From Caecitellus pseudoparvulus (Eukaryota > Protista > Bigyra: Bicosoecida), in NCBI GenBank assembly GCA_965644315.1, contig CBFFRQ010000018.1, positions 310,001-374,000 of the forward strand: DNA of 64,000 nt, in the 5' to 3' direction. Positions 1 to 12,183 of the stretch are shown piece by piece. The notes beneath the pieces are model-generated. The model ran no database searches, was not told the origin of the DNA, and saw nothing but the letters and a program-made list of their open reading frames with translations. Both the position numbers and the translations under genes were made by a program. Each line of letters opens with the position of its first letter. The stretch's first letter is position 1.

Positions 1-521
1 CCCAGCGGGGGATCATTCTTCGCGACCTTGCTTGGCGGGTCGAGGCGGCGATTTCCCCAACTTTGCGTGGTGGCCAGCGCACCCGTCAACTGAACTGGGG
101 CTATGCGTTGCTGGGGGGCTGCGGTACCTTCCAGCTTGCGCTGGCTCTCAAGTATGGGATCGCAGGGGTGTCCGGGAAGCTACTTACGCACCTTTCTTGC
201 TGAGATGCCGGACACCCCAACGGGGGGGGGGGGTGCCCCCCGCATGGACCCCCCCTTCCCCACGCCGCCCGTGTCCAAGGTCCCAAGAAGGCTGCGAGGT
301 CGGAAAGGGCTGAGAGCCCCTCGAACCAGATACCCGGGTAAGGCTGAGACGGACACTTGAGACCCTTGATATAAAATCCAACGAAACATGCCAACGATGA
401 GTGGAGACTGTTTTGTCCTGACTCTTCCTGCCGACTGCTTGCGCTGATTGCCCGAGGGAGCCGAGCCACATTGCAGCTCAGAGAGCGCTCAGCGTCTGCC
501 CGACTAACCAGCAGCAGCAGC

Positions 522-1947
522 ATGAGTTACTCCAAGGACCATGTGTCTTCGGTGCGGCTGGATGCCACACCCTCGATGCAGTTTAACAACCTATCAGTCA
601 GCGGCGGCAGCAAGGGCTGCTTGGTGCGTGCAGGCGCCAATCTTGGGCTGAGCCAGAGCCAGCCACGCATCCCTGTCGGGCCGTTCTGCGCAGGCGTTCA
701 CGCATAAGCAGGAAGTTTGCATCTTGCCCATCGCAAGCACCCAAAGCGAAGCGTGTGTGTCCCCCACCAAGTTGCAAATTGCCACCGCGGGGCCTGAAGT
801 GAAGGTACGGCCGCTGCCTGGCGTGTTGGGCTGCAAACCGCCATGCAGCACTGCTGGCCGCCTGGCCGCGAACTGCTGCCTTGCAGGCAGTTCTGTGTGA
901 GGTTCCCGAGGCATACTTAGTAGTACTTTTGTTCAATGGCTTTCAGGTGCGTGAAAATGCCACATCCAGAGCAGGACGCTCGCACAGCGTGTGTGGTAAG
1001 CGTTTCACGCTGGTGTTGCTGCCGCCTGTGCAGGTGTGGGACGCAGAGGGACAGAGCATGCTGCTCACGCACACTTTGCACGACGATAGTGAAGGCCCCA
1101 TCAAGTCGCCCCAAGCCGCGGCAGCTGAGGAGGTGGCAGGTGCGGCCCGGGCCAAGGCTGGGTCGGCCGCAGTGAACGCTCTGCTCAGCCCAGCACGTGC
1201 GAACTGCGCCGTGGGCATCCCCTCTTCCTCCAGCATTCTCGTGGGCACATCCACTGGCTCCATCATCGTCTTGGATTGTGTGGGCTCGAAGGTGACGGTC
1301 AGCCAGTCGCTGACTGCGCACTCGGAGCCCATCTCTCACATGGCTGCCCGGGGCGACATTGTCATCACGGCAGACGAAGGAGGCGCAGCGACTGTGTGGG
1401 ACGCCAAGTCTCTCAGCGCCACCTGCACCCTTCCTCAGCAAGAGTGCGTGATTGGCTTCAGCGTTCCGCAGTCTTCCCCGCTGCATCCTGCACCCCGCAA
1501 CCCCCCTCGTCCACAGCGACTTTTGCACAAGTGTGGCGCTGCTGCCGCTGTTCATCATTGCAGGCTATGCTTCCGGCATTGTGCGCTTGTTCAGCGTGTC
1601 GGAAGGCCTATTGCTGGCTGAAGTGGCTGGGCATCCAAGGTGCATCACAGCTGTGGATGCGCACCCTGCCGCCGACGTGGTGCGTGCGACCGCCTTCCAC
1701 ACCAACAACCGCTCGCTGAACTGCTTTGCTGCGCGTCTCGCAGTTTTCTAGTGTGAGCGAAGATGGCACGTTGAATGTGTGGAGTGTTTCCGGCACGGCG
1801 GACTCCTGCAGCAAGGTCGGCCTCGTCACGACAGCGTCCGTGACGGACCACAGCCTGACAGGGGTGCAGTTCTTGAAAAGTGCCCCTCACCACATCATCA
1901 CTTCTGCCTACGATGTTCATAATCTCCGCATTCTCCTCAGTGTGTGA
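522..1947 (+). CDS. WDR54: WD40-repeat protein, WDR54-like (multi-exon)
   Basis: ATG at 522 reads MSYSKDHVSSVRLDATPSMQFNNLSV. Several short GT-AG introns join WD-type exons, e.g. 947-1033 (ILVGTSTGSIIVLD, AHSEPISHM, TADEGGAATVWD, GHPRCITAVD, SEDGTLNVWS). The NNLSV start and YD...SV end resemble human WDR54 as recalled. Confidence 0.7.
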
Positions 1948-2597
1948 GGAAGGCGATGCTACCACGTGGATACCATTCATCCACCTTGCGCCATCCAATG
2001 CAACCAAGGCAGGCCACACTAGCAACCAAGGCCACTTCAACCCAAGGCTAACTCGTGACGATGCAGCTCTTGTCACCACCCCCTCCCCCCTCGCGGCTTG
2101 GGGCCGTTTGCCAGCTCACCAACGTGCTCGCTTGCGTCCAGTTCCCGACGCGAGCACCACCGCCCGCCAACCAAAAAGAACCACACTACGGAAGGCTCTG
2201 GCAGCAGGCGACGTTCACTGCATCGCCACCCCCCGGAGAATTCTCCAGCCGTTTTTACTGCTGCCTTCAGGTGTGGAGGTGTCCCTCGTTGGTGCTGGTT
2301 CTGTGCCAACGCCGCCAGCTTCCGCTCGGCCATGGGCCCGCTTCTGGCGATACCAGGCTGCGTGATTTCTGCCTTTGCAGCCATGCTCTCACAAGCAGTG
2401 CTTCAAAAGGTACGCGTGGCCGCTTTTCGGCGCTCTCCAAGCGCATTGGGCGCCGCAGGTTATCCAGGGCTGGCTTTGCCGGGCTGGCTGTGTCGCCGCG
2501 ACGCAGCCTCGCGCACGCGCAGCTGCCAGCTGCAGCTGGATCCTGCAGAGGACGACACCCCAGCACGGCCACACTATGCTTCTTTGCTTCTCAGGCA

Positions 2598-5305
2598 ATG
2601 GAGGACACCGTGCGGCAGGACCCCCGCCCCGGCGCCAGGGCCGAGACGCAGGTGGCCCGACTGCGCCTCGCTGGCGTGATCTTGCCCGTGAGCCCCCGCG
2701 TGTGCTCACAAGCGTCGTTCCTGCGCACCCCCAACACGAGGCATCCTCCCTGATGCAGACTCTGATTCATGGTTCAAGCGCTGCTCAGTTGTGGGGAGCC
2801 GTTGCGCTTCCTCTGCCTAGTAGCCTGCCGTGGGCAGTGACGCTGCCTTTGTCCACGCCTCAATGGTTCTGGCAGCAGGAGCCTGGGCTGTCGCCTCTGG
2901 TTCTTTCCCTGGTCTTGCATTTGTTGCTCACTGTGTTGCTGCCTGGGGACCACCGCTTTGAGGAGTTGGTGGCCACCTCAGCTGGCTTACTGCAGGGCTG
3001 GCTTCGTGTCAAGGGCGCAGGAGGGGCAGCTGCTCAGCGAGACAAGCAGGCCATTCCGCGCCCAGCCGTGCAGCCAAAGGTGGGCGCTGAGTCTGAAGGA
3101 TCTGGGGACGCCACACCTCGCCCCCGAAAGCGCCTACCGAAGCGCCTTGACGTTACGCCTGAGGTGCTGAAGCCAGACTCCGCGAAACTCCATACCGCAC
3201 CGGGCTCCCCCGCTGCACGCAGCCCGGACATGGCAGGCCAGTCAGACAGCTTGACGCCCACTGCTCCACTGAGCCCGGGGGCCGGCTGTCACCCTGGCGA
3301 TTTGACTTCACCCGCCCACCGGCGCAAGAACACGCTGCTTTTGGCCAGCCCATCGCCCATCAAGGTGGAGAGTGACGAGTTGGTTGCTGTCCTGGGCGCT
3401 GCCTCCCCTCAAGGCTCAACAGAAGCCCCTTCAAGCGGCGTGGGCGGCAGCTCTGCGAGTGACGCTGTCGAATCTCAGGCGCCGGCGGCCGAGGTGTTTG
3501 AACTGGACCCAGTCGTTGCGCGCAATCGAGCAGCGGCCCTGAACGAGATCATCCAAAGCGAACTGTCCTACATCCAGCAGCTGCAGCGCCTGGTTGGCGT
3601 GTTCATGGAGCCCTTGTGGGGAACCCCGAACGTCGGCTGGCGCCATCTTTCCCGCAGCACCGGCACTGGGCGCGTTACTATGTCTGGCCAGGGCAAGAGC
3701 TCGGGCGTACGGAATCTGCTGGGCGGCGACGCAGAGGTGGGTGACAGTGACGTGGGCCAAGAGACCTCCGCCCAGCGTGCCGCTCGTCGCCTGCTGACGG
3801 AACAGGAGCACAAGTACTTGTTCGGGGGGGTGGAGACTCTCATCCCCCTCCACCAACGCCTCATGAGCCAGTTTCGTGTAGCGGTCTCCGCTGCCGAGTC
3901 CTCCCTGGAGGCAAGGGGTGCGCGAGCGGCAGTGGACACCGGCGGAGCGCGGCGCAGGTCGCGGGCCGTGCACGTGACTGGTCCCGCCTCCGGCCACGCT
4001 ACTGCAGCGGTGACGGCTGACATGGCGCCGCTGGTGTGCATGGGTAGCATTTTCCTGCGATTCTCGCACTTCTTCAAGGTGAGTCAGTCACCCCCGCGAT
4101 ACAAGGTGCTCACGTTTGCTCTTCGTAAACCCCCTCCGCCTTGCCTCGCACAGATGTATTCCATGTATGTTGCCAATCACGCAAGCGCCAATGAGCTTCT
4201 GGGCACTCTCGTAGACACGAACTCTGGCTTTGCTCAGTGGATGCAAAGCGAAGAGGTCCTGTCTAGTGCTGGCGGGCAGTCCCTGCAGAGCTTCCTCATC
4301 ATGCCCGTGCAGCGTGTGCCTCGCTACGAACTGCTGCTGTCCACGTTGCTGAAGCACACGCCCGAACACCTGCCAGACCATGCCGACCTCCTGCAGGCGC
4401 AGCGCGTTGTGAAGGAAGCAGCGTCGGCCATCAACCACAACATTACCCTCTTCCTGACGCAAAAGGCTGTCCTCCAAATCCAGCGCTGCTTGGTGCCTGA
4501 GCCAGAGCCTTCGTTGGTGTCCCCTTCGCGCCGCTTCGTGCGGGAGGGCGTGCTGCAAAAAGTCACGGGTTCCAACCTCCGAGAGTACAAGGTTTTCCTG
4601 TTCAACGACCTCCTCGTGTATGGCTCCTACGCCAACGCCTTTTCCGCGCTTTTGCCCAGTGTGTTCAACCGAGGCAGGCGCCCCAGCGCCGTCGCCGCCC
4701 CCCAGCAAGGCCAGCCAAACACCAGCACCCCCAAGACGCCTTCTCACCGCCTCCTTCACGACAGTTCCGGCGAAGAAGTGCCCGAGGCGCAGCCACCCGC
4801 TGGGGCGGCTGCCGCCTTCTCAGGCGTCGCAGTGCAGAGCGAAGCAGGAGGCGGCAGTCTCAAAGCGCACTGTGACAGCGAAGGCACGGAGGAGCAGCGT
4901 CCCCGCAGGCTGTCTGTGCTTTCGTCCACAGGCTTGCACAGCGTGGGGCTGGAGGAAACGGCAGCAGCAGGCGATGGCCGGCGGGTCTCCATGGCAGAGG
5001 ACACACTCTCCAGCCAAGAGCTCATGAAGGCACTGACCGACGCCGTCACGTCCGACTCGGACAAGGCTCGCCAGCGCGTGAAGCTGCACAATATCTTGTA
5101 CTTAGAGGACGCCGAGGACCTTCCAGATGTGGAAGGGCCCAAGGGATACAGCAACGTTTTCCGCATCATCGCGCACCCCAAGAACGTTACTCTCGTGGCA
5201 GAGTCTGCGTCTGAAAAGCAGGCGTGGTTGCGCTCTCTGGCTGCGTGTCTGGCCGGCGCACAGCAAGGGCGCCAGGAGCGCACAGCGGCCCTGGGGCGGC
5301 AGTAG
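2598..5305 (+). CDS. RhoGEF (DH-PH) protein with N-terminal hydrophobic segment
   Basis: DH motifs ALNEIIQSELSYIQQL and LQSFLIMPVQRVPRYELLL. PH motifs RRFVREGVLQK..VFLFNDLLVY and VAESASEKQAWLRSL. Inferred introns 2688-2758 and 4079-4153. Confidence 0.9.
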
Positions 5306-5426
5306 CGTTGCTGCTGCACGCTCCGTCGTCGCTTCCTCGCTGGTTCCCCACCGCTGCACTGTGGCGTGGGCCTGTGTTGCCGTACACTGCACGACGTGCT
5401 GTACATGCGTCCATACTGTGCTAGTG

Positions 5427-5434
5427 AATGCATT
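5427..5434. promoter_or_regulatory. AATGCATT palindrome, candidate bidirectional 3'-end element
   Basis: Lies about 120 nt from both convergent stops (5305 and 5554). Confidence 0.5.
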
Positions 5435-5553
5435 TATGCCTCCGTGGAGGCCACGGTGCTCAAGGAAGCTTGGCTGCGCGGCACGTTCTGGCGATGTCAG
5501 GGACGCAAGGCCTAAACCCAGGCCATCAGACCTTGCACAGCAACGGCGCCGAG

Positions 5554-7270
5554 CTACTTTGCCATGGCGTGCTGTGGGCCGTACACACCCTCGGCGATGG
5601 CCTTTGCTGCACACTGCAGACTTGTCAAGTCGCTTGGTAGCACTTGCAGGATCCAAGTCGCTTCAGGGTGCAGGGTCGGCAGCGGACCCGTCCACCACCC
5701 AGCTGCCGCCGCGCTCGCTTGCAGCAGTTCACCGAGCAGGGACAGCTCCAGCGCTACAAGGGGGTGCAAAGGAAGAGAAGGGGACGGAGCAGCCGAAGTG
5801 ACGTCATCGGCGGAGTCCAAGCCACCCGCTTCCAGGCTCAGGTCAGGCCAGGACGTGGCATAGATGTGCACGTACAGGGCCAGCGCGACAGCAGCATGCT
5901 CTGCCGCAGCAGTGGCGTCTCCAGCAAGCATGGCTGCTTGCTTGCAGCGATTATGCAGGGGTAGAAGGGCATGGTTGAGAGGGTGCAAGACGCTTGCCTT
6001 GAGCATGGTGGCTTGGCGCAGCAGGGCCAGCTCGCGATCAGGTACGTCCTCCTCGCCTTCCGCCAGCTCCACAGCCTTGGCCACCAGTTCGTCAGCGACT
6101 GCAAGGACAGAGGCCACATCAAGTCCCACTTTCAGTTTGGATCTGACATCAGACCCCCACGCTGCTGCTTCGGCAGGTGGGAGGGTGGCGGTTGACAGGG
6201 ACCACATGCCTGCAGCAGTGGCCGGGCGCGAGGTTGCCGAGGCCTCCTGCGCCGAGCCTGAGCTGTGTGTCACGGAGCACAACCTGCACGAACAGGAGAA
6301 GCCGTACTCTTCCTGCAGCTCCCTCTGCCGCCTGGCACGGGGGGTCATCGGGTCCAGGTAGGGGTGTGTGAGTTCTGTTCCGGCCGGCACCGCACACACT
6401 GTCCGCACACTCTGCACTTGTGTGCGCAAGTCGTACGTCATGATGCAGTTGGGAGCACACGAGTGGTTCAGCAAAGCCCCAAGCGGATACACGCCGGCTG
6501 CCTGTGACACAACCATGTCATCCGTCACGCTAAAGTTGTTTGAGCGAAAGGCAGCCAGGCAACCTGCCAGCACTGCCATGCTCTTCTGCGGCACAGCCCC
6601 CACGCTGGCCATGTGCACGACCAGCTGCTGGGACATGGTGCTGTGGGGGGGCTTGGTCGCATGCTCAGGCACGGCCATGCCCGCCACATCTGGCCACGAG
6701 TGCTGGTACGGCACGGCTGGGTGCGGCAGCGGCTGGGGAGAGTCACCCACCAGCACGCACCGGGCGTCTCCCGGCTCGCCTGGGCTCTTAAAATGCTGCT
6801 TGAGCAGCCTGTAGCACCGCATGAGCAACAAAGCTGTGCGAGGCGTTCGGGAAAGGCGTATGGGCGGCAGCTGCGCGCGGGTCAACGGGCGAGTCAGGCG
6901 ACGCACCATCCGTGAGGGCCGGCCCACTGCCCAAGCTCGCCATGTGTCTGCATTCAGCCTTGTGGCCGGCTTTCCAATCGGCCACTTGGCACCCCTTGCT
7001 GCAGTACCACACCTGCTTACACTGAACACACCGGCTCAGGTTCTTTACGGTTGGCTGCCGGCTGAGGCACCGAGCGCAGCGCAGCGGCCGCAAGTGATCG
7101 TGCACAACTGCTGCGGCTGGCAAGCTCGCCAGAACTGTGGTGCCTGGTTCCAAGTCACGCGCTGCGACAACGGCTCGACCGCCGCCAGTTGTGGAGGGTG
7201 CAAGCAGTGCGAGGCAATCCCCTGGCGAGTCGGCGTCCGCTGCTGGTGCGGTCTCCTGCACTGCAGCCAT
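5554..7270 (-). CDS. SET and MYND domain lysine methyltransferase (SMYD family)
   Basis: GRAVVAARDL, MYND finger (CARC..CVQCKQVWYCSKGCQVADWKAGHKAEC), LLNHSCAPNC, ELTHPY, post-SET YGFSCSCRLC. Intron 6834-6906 joins the two ORFs in frame. Confidence 0.9.
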
Positions 7271-7449
7271 TTCTGCCAGGGGGCGCTGCCGCTCTGGCAA
7301 GGGGAGAAGAACACTGACCCTCCCTCTCGCACTATCTTTTGGACCGAACCATTACACGATTCGAGCAAGCCTTAGTGTTTTGTGCTGGGTGCGCGAGTGC
7401 CCCAGTTGGCTGTGGGAACAGTTCCGGCACACAATTTCCGCTCGACACC

Positions 7450-10359
7450 ATGGAGTGGATGGGCACTGATGAGCTGGCCAGCGTCCTGCACCTGTACGCG
7501 CTGAAGTGTGTGCGTATCACATGCAGCGTTTTCTGTCTGCCTTGGACGGCCTGCACGGCCTTCCCCGTCCATCGCAGGCTGGAGCAACGCTGCAGGTGAC
7601 CGGCGCTGCCGCAGGCCAGACGAAGAAGGGCGACAAGAAGGGAGACAAGAAGGAACGTGCTGCCAAGGCCGAGGCAAGGAAAGCCAAGTACAAGCAAGGG
7701 GAGCTCAAGGCAAAGAAGGGCGGCAAGGCTCCCACAGCCGAGCCAGGGGATGTCCCGCGGCGCCAGCGCAAGCCACTTGTGAGTGCTGGCGTTTCAGGCT
7801 TGCGATGGACACTGGGGCGTGCCGGGAAAGTGGTCACCCACGCCTTCGCCCATGTCCCTGCCACGCTTCCCAGGCCGACGCGGGCGTGAAGCTGCCCAAG
7901 GAAGGGGAGGAGAACATTCTCGTCACATCTGCGCTCCCATACGTGAACAACGTCCCGCACCTGGGCAACATCATTGGCTGTGTGCTGTCGGCAGATGTCT
8001 ACGCGCGGTGCGTGCAGCCTGTGCGCTCGGTGGCACGCAACGCACACTGCACGAAATCGTCTTGCATGCTTCCTGCAGGTGGTGCCGGGCACGTGGCAAG
8101 AATGTCGTGTACATTTGCGGCACAGACGAGTACGGGACGGCCACCGAGACCAAAGCGCGAGCAGAGGGCCTGACCCCCCGCGCCATCTGCGACAAGTACC
8201 ACGCCTTGCACGCCGAGATTTACAAGTGGTTCGACATTTCCTTTGACCACTTCGGGCGCACGTCCACTGCTGACCCCGCAGCTGACACGGAGTGGCCTCA
8301 CACTCAAATTGCACACGAGATTTTCCACGACAATGCCGCCAACGACAACTTCGAGCAGAAGAACACCCAGCAGATGTACTGCGAAGGCTGCCAGACGTTC
8401 CTGGCCGACCGCTTGGTGGGCGGCACGTGTCCGAAGTGCTCCTACACTGACGCAAGCGGCGACCAGTGTGACAAGTGCGGCGCTCTGCTGTCCCCTCTCG
8501 AGTTGATCGACCCGTTCTGCAAGGCTGATGCCAGCCACACGCTGGCGGTGCGCAGCACGGACCATCTGTTCCTTAAGCTGGACAAGCTGCAGCCCCACCT
8601 GGAGGCCTTCACGGAGGCGGCAGCTGAGCGGGGTGACTGGACCTCCAATGCGCTGCAGATCACCCGTTCCTGGCTCAGTGGCGGCCTCATGCCGCGAGCC
8701 ATCACCCGTGATCTGAAGTGGGGCACGCCCGTCCCCCCCACCAGTGGCATGGAAGGCAAGGTGTTCTACGTGTGGTACGACGCGCCCATCGGGTACATCT
8801 CCATCACCGCCAACTACACTCCTGAATGGCGGCAGTGGTGGCAGCCCGCCCCCTCAAAGCCAGTGTCCCTGGTGCAGTTCATGGGCAAGGACAACGTCCC
8901 GTTCCACACCGTCATCTTCCCTGCCTGCCTGCATGGCACGGGGAAGCCATGGGTGTCCCTTGACAAGCTGTCCACGACGGAGTACCTGCAGTACGAAGAC
9001 GGCAAGTTCTCCAAGTCACGCGGCGTGGGCGTTTTCGGCGATGCAGCTGCCAGCACTGGCATCCCGTCCGAAGTGTGGCGCTACTACCTCCTGGCAGTTC
9101 GCCCGGAGAGCAGTGATGCCGCATTCAACTGGGATGACATGGGGGAGCGCAACAACAACGAGCTGCTGAAGAACCTGGGCAATTTCGTGCACCGCTCCCT
9201 CAGCCTGACCACATCGTACTTTGCCGGCGCGACACCCACCGACGCTGACCAAGTTGGTGGCGCCGTGGTGTCAGGCGATGGCACTGACCTGGAGGCTGAG
9301 CTGGCAACCACCTTGAACGGCCACTTGGCCGCCTACAACGCAGCCATGGAGAAGATGCAGCTGCGCGACGGGCTGTTCCAGGCCATGCGCATGTCTGCCG
9401 CTGGCAATGCGTACTTGGAGGCTGCCATGCCCTGGACCTTCAAGAGCAACAAGCCTCGCCAGGCGGTGATCTGCGCCACGGCCATGTCGGTGGTGCGCTT
9501 GCTGCAGGCAGTGTTGGAGCCATTCATGCCAGGCTTCGCTGACAAGGTGTGCCACCTGCTGAACCTGGATCACATGGACATCCCAGAGACGTTTGGACCC
9601 TTCGTCCCTGCAGGGCACGCTCTCCAGAGTCCCGTGCCTGTCATCCGGCAACTTGTGCCCGAGGAGCTGGAGGCGCTGCGCGCGCGCTTCAGCGGAGGCC
9701 AAGAGGCAGCAGGTGCGGCCGCACCTGCTGCTGCCGGAGCAGCAGCTGGCACAAAGGCAGGCAAAGGCAAAGGAAAGGACAAGAAGGGTGGCAAGGGAGG
9801 CAAGGGGCAGCAGAAGGGCGGCGGCAAGAAGAAGGGAGGCAAGGGGCAGCCAGATGAGCGGGACCCCATCGCCCGCCTGGATCTGCGCGTGGGAGTCATC
9901 AAGAAGGCTTGGGATCACCCTAAAGCGGACAAGCTGTTCTGCGAAGAGGTGGACATTGGGGAGGGCAGCACTCGGCAGATTGCCTCCGGGCTGAGGGAGC
10001 ACTACACGCTTGAGCAGATGCAGGGCAAGCGCATTGTGGTCGTTGCGAACTTGAAGCCTCGGCCCATGTTGGAGTTCGTTTCGTGCGGCATGGTGCTCTG
10101 CGCCAAGGCAAATGGCAAGGTGGAGTTCATTGACCCCCCTGCAGATGCCCCGATCGGTGCACGCCTCATGGTTCCGGGGCTCATGGAGGGCGAGGCAGAC
10201 CAGGAAGTGAACCCTGCGCGGAAGAAGAACCCTTGGAAGTTTGCTGTGGATAAACTGGCCACAGACGCCAACAAGGTAGCCTGCTACGGTGGCACGGCAT
10301 TCGAAGTGGCAGGTGGTGTGTGCACGGCGCCCACCCTTGCCGGAGCTCCCATCTCCTAG
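7450..10359 (+). CDS. MARS1: Cytosolic methionyl-tRNA synthetase with C-terminal EMAPII-like tRNA-binding OB domain
   Basis: [18 protein letters not shown] (HIGH), GTDEYGT, zinc knuckles, [20 protein letters not shown] (KMSKS), then LDLRVG..HPKADKL..RQIASGL..NLKPR. Introns 7510-7577, 7779-7873 and 8008-8078. The first exon is less certain. Confidence 0.96.
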
Positions 10360-10387
10360 ACCCCACGCAATGCATGCACGAGCTGCC

Positions 10388-12062
10388 TCAGCGTCGCGCC
10401 CGCCCCAGGTTGTGACAGCCCCACACCCGCACGATGCCGTCTGCGTGCCCTGTGTACATGGTGCCCAAAAACTCGTGGCAGTACACGGCTGTGATGTCTC
10501 GAAGCGCGTGGCGCGTGGCGGCAGGAAGCGTCCCATCCTCGCTGTGCCACTCCCTCACCGTGCAGCCATGGACAACGTCCACCATGGTGAGCGCATACAC
10601 ATGGTGTGTTCGACAGAAGCAGTAACTGAGCACGAGGTTCTGGCCCTCGGTGATGAAGACGTTCCTGGTCAAGCAGTTGCGCCCATGTTCGCAGTGCACT
10701 GGGCGAAGGTCACACACCACACGTCCTGACATGGTGTGGACTCGACTGCTGCTGGAACTGAACGTGAGGAACATGCCCAAGCGGTGCAAGAAGACAAAAC
10801 TGACCCCCTCCCGATTAGTGGAGGAGAGAGAGCTGGAGCTTGACAGCACACCAGAGTGAAGGTTGAACGCATGCAACGGCAGCCGGGACTGCTTCAACAG
10901 CATGTGATCAGCCGCCGCTTCGACTGTTTGCAGCGCCCGGATCGGCGCAAGCGGCATGCTCAGCACCCGCAAGGCATGTCCTGTGCGAAGGTCACGGATG
11001 TGGGTGGTCAGCGACGTCGCGCCTTCCTGCACCGCCTCGATGAGAAGCAGCAGGCCACCTGCGACTTTCACATCCTCGAGCCCGCGTCCACGAGACAGTG
11101 CTGCTCTGATGTTGACGGTGTGCAACCTGGAGTAGTCGTGCAGGTCCCACACCGACACCGTCTCTTGCCTGCGAGCTGCACCGGAGTACGTCAGCATGAC
11201 GTGGTTGTTCTCATCAAACTCCATCCACCCAGTCGCCTGGAGCCTGTCCTCGCGGTGACCATGGAGAGTTGCATGAGTCTGAATGCCAGATGTGTTGCCG
11301 CTTGCCCGCTGCTGCGCGAGGGCCTGGTGCACGTCTCGGACTGGAACGTGCCGGCACTGCATGACCACGTCATCGGGCACTCCCTGTTGTCGTCGGCGAG
11401 TCCTGCGGCGAGCCTGCCCCCCCCCTTCACAGCAAACACACATGACGTGCCCCTGGAGCTTGTTGAGGAAGATGGACTTGATGCCTTGCTCGTTTTCCCC
11501 AACCACCTCACCCACTCGCCGATATGCTGGCGCTGCAACGTGCCCCCACCTGCATTGCATGACAAAGACACAGCACTTTTGGTCGCCTGTGACAACAAAA
11601 ACAACGTTTTCATGGGCCACCATCTCCAGCACTACGGAAGCACTCTGCTGAGCTCGCTGCCTGGCGCCTGCTTGCGTGTCCATGAAGGCGCCCCTCCGCG
11701 GGTGTACCTGCGCCACAGGGAACAGGCCCTCGGGATGCATCCCAAGCAACAGCACGTGATTCTTGCAAGGCAACTGGGATACCAACCTCTTGCAGTCCAT
11801 GGTACTGGTATGCAGTGCGCCTTCGCAGCAAGCTGTGCAAGTGGTGGTACATCGCACACATGCTGCGTTGCCAACGCGCACCCTGCACTTCCGCTGCTTG
11901 CTCGGCAAGTCCGCACCTATCCACCGCCAGTTGCATTGGGCGATCACCCCACCGCCTGATTTTTATGGCTTGCAGCACCGCACAAGGCTTCTGGTCGCTG
12001 CGTCGCAGGCAGCGCGCGCTGCGTGGCTGGTGCTGCAGCTGCCGCAGTGCCCATGCAAACAT
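10388..12062 (-). CDS. Uncharacterised beta-propeller (WD40-like) protein
   Basis: GWMEFDENNHVMLTYS, FVFLHRLGMFLTF, NVFITEGQNLVLSYC and ALRDITAV..TMYTGHADGIVRVW match my recollection of a conserved plant/protist transducin-like family. Inferred introns 11833-11916 and 11708-11786 link ORF 11610..12077 to ORF 10388..11947. Confidence 0.65.
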
Positions 12063-12183
12063 GACGCAGGGCGCCAAACGACGACATGCGCATGCTCGAT
12101 GACGACCTTCAACTTTGCATTTCTAAACTGAGGAGCTCCCTTTATGACCTAAGGGATTTGTTGTGGGCCAGTGCCCCGTTTGC

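Noticed and set aside
180-195. U1 snRNA 5' end (TACTTAC)
   Set aside because: It continues GCACC rather than CTGG, and no U1 stem-loops or Sm site follow.
290-360. SRP or RNase P RNA (GGTCGGAAA and GGCTGAGA motifs)
   Set aside because: The partner motifs (GAGCAG of SRP helix 8, RNase P CR-V) are not present.
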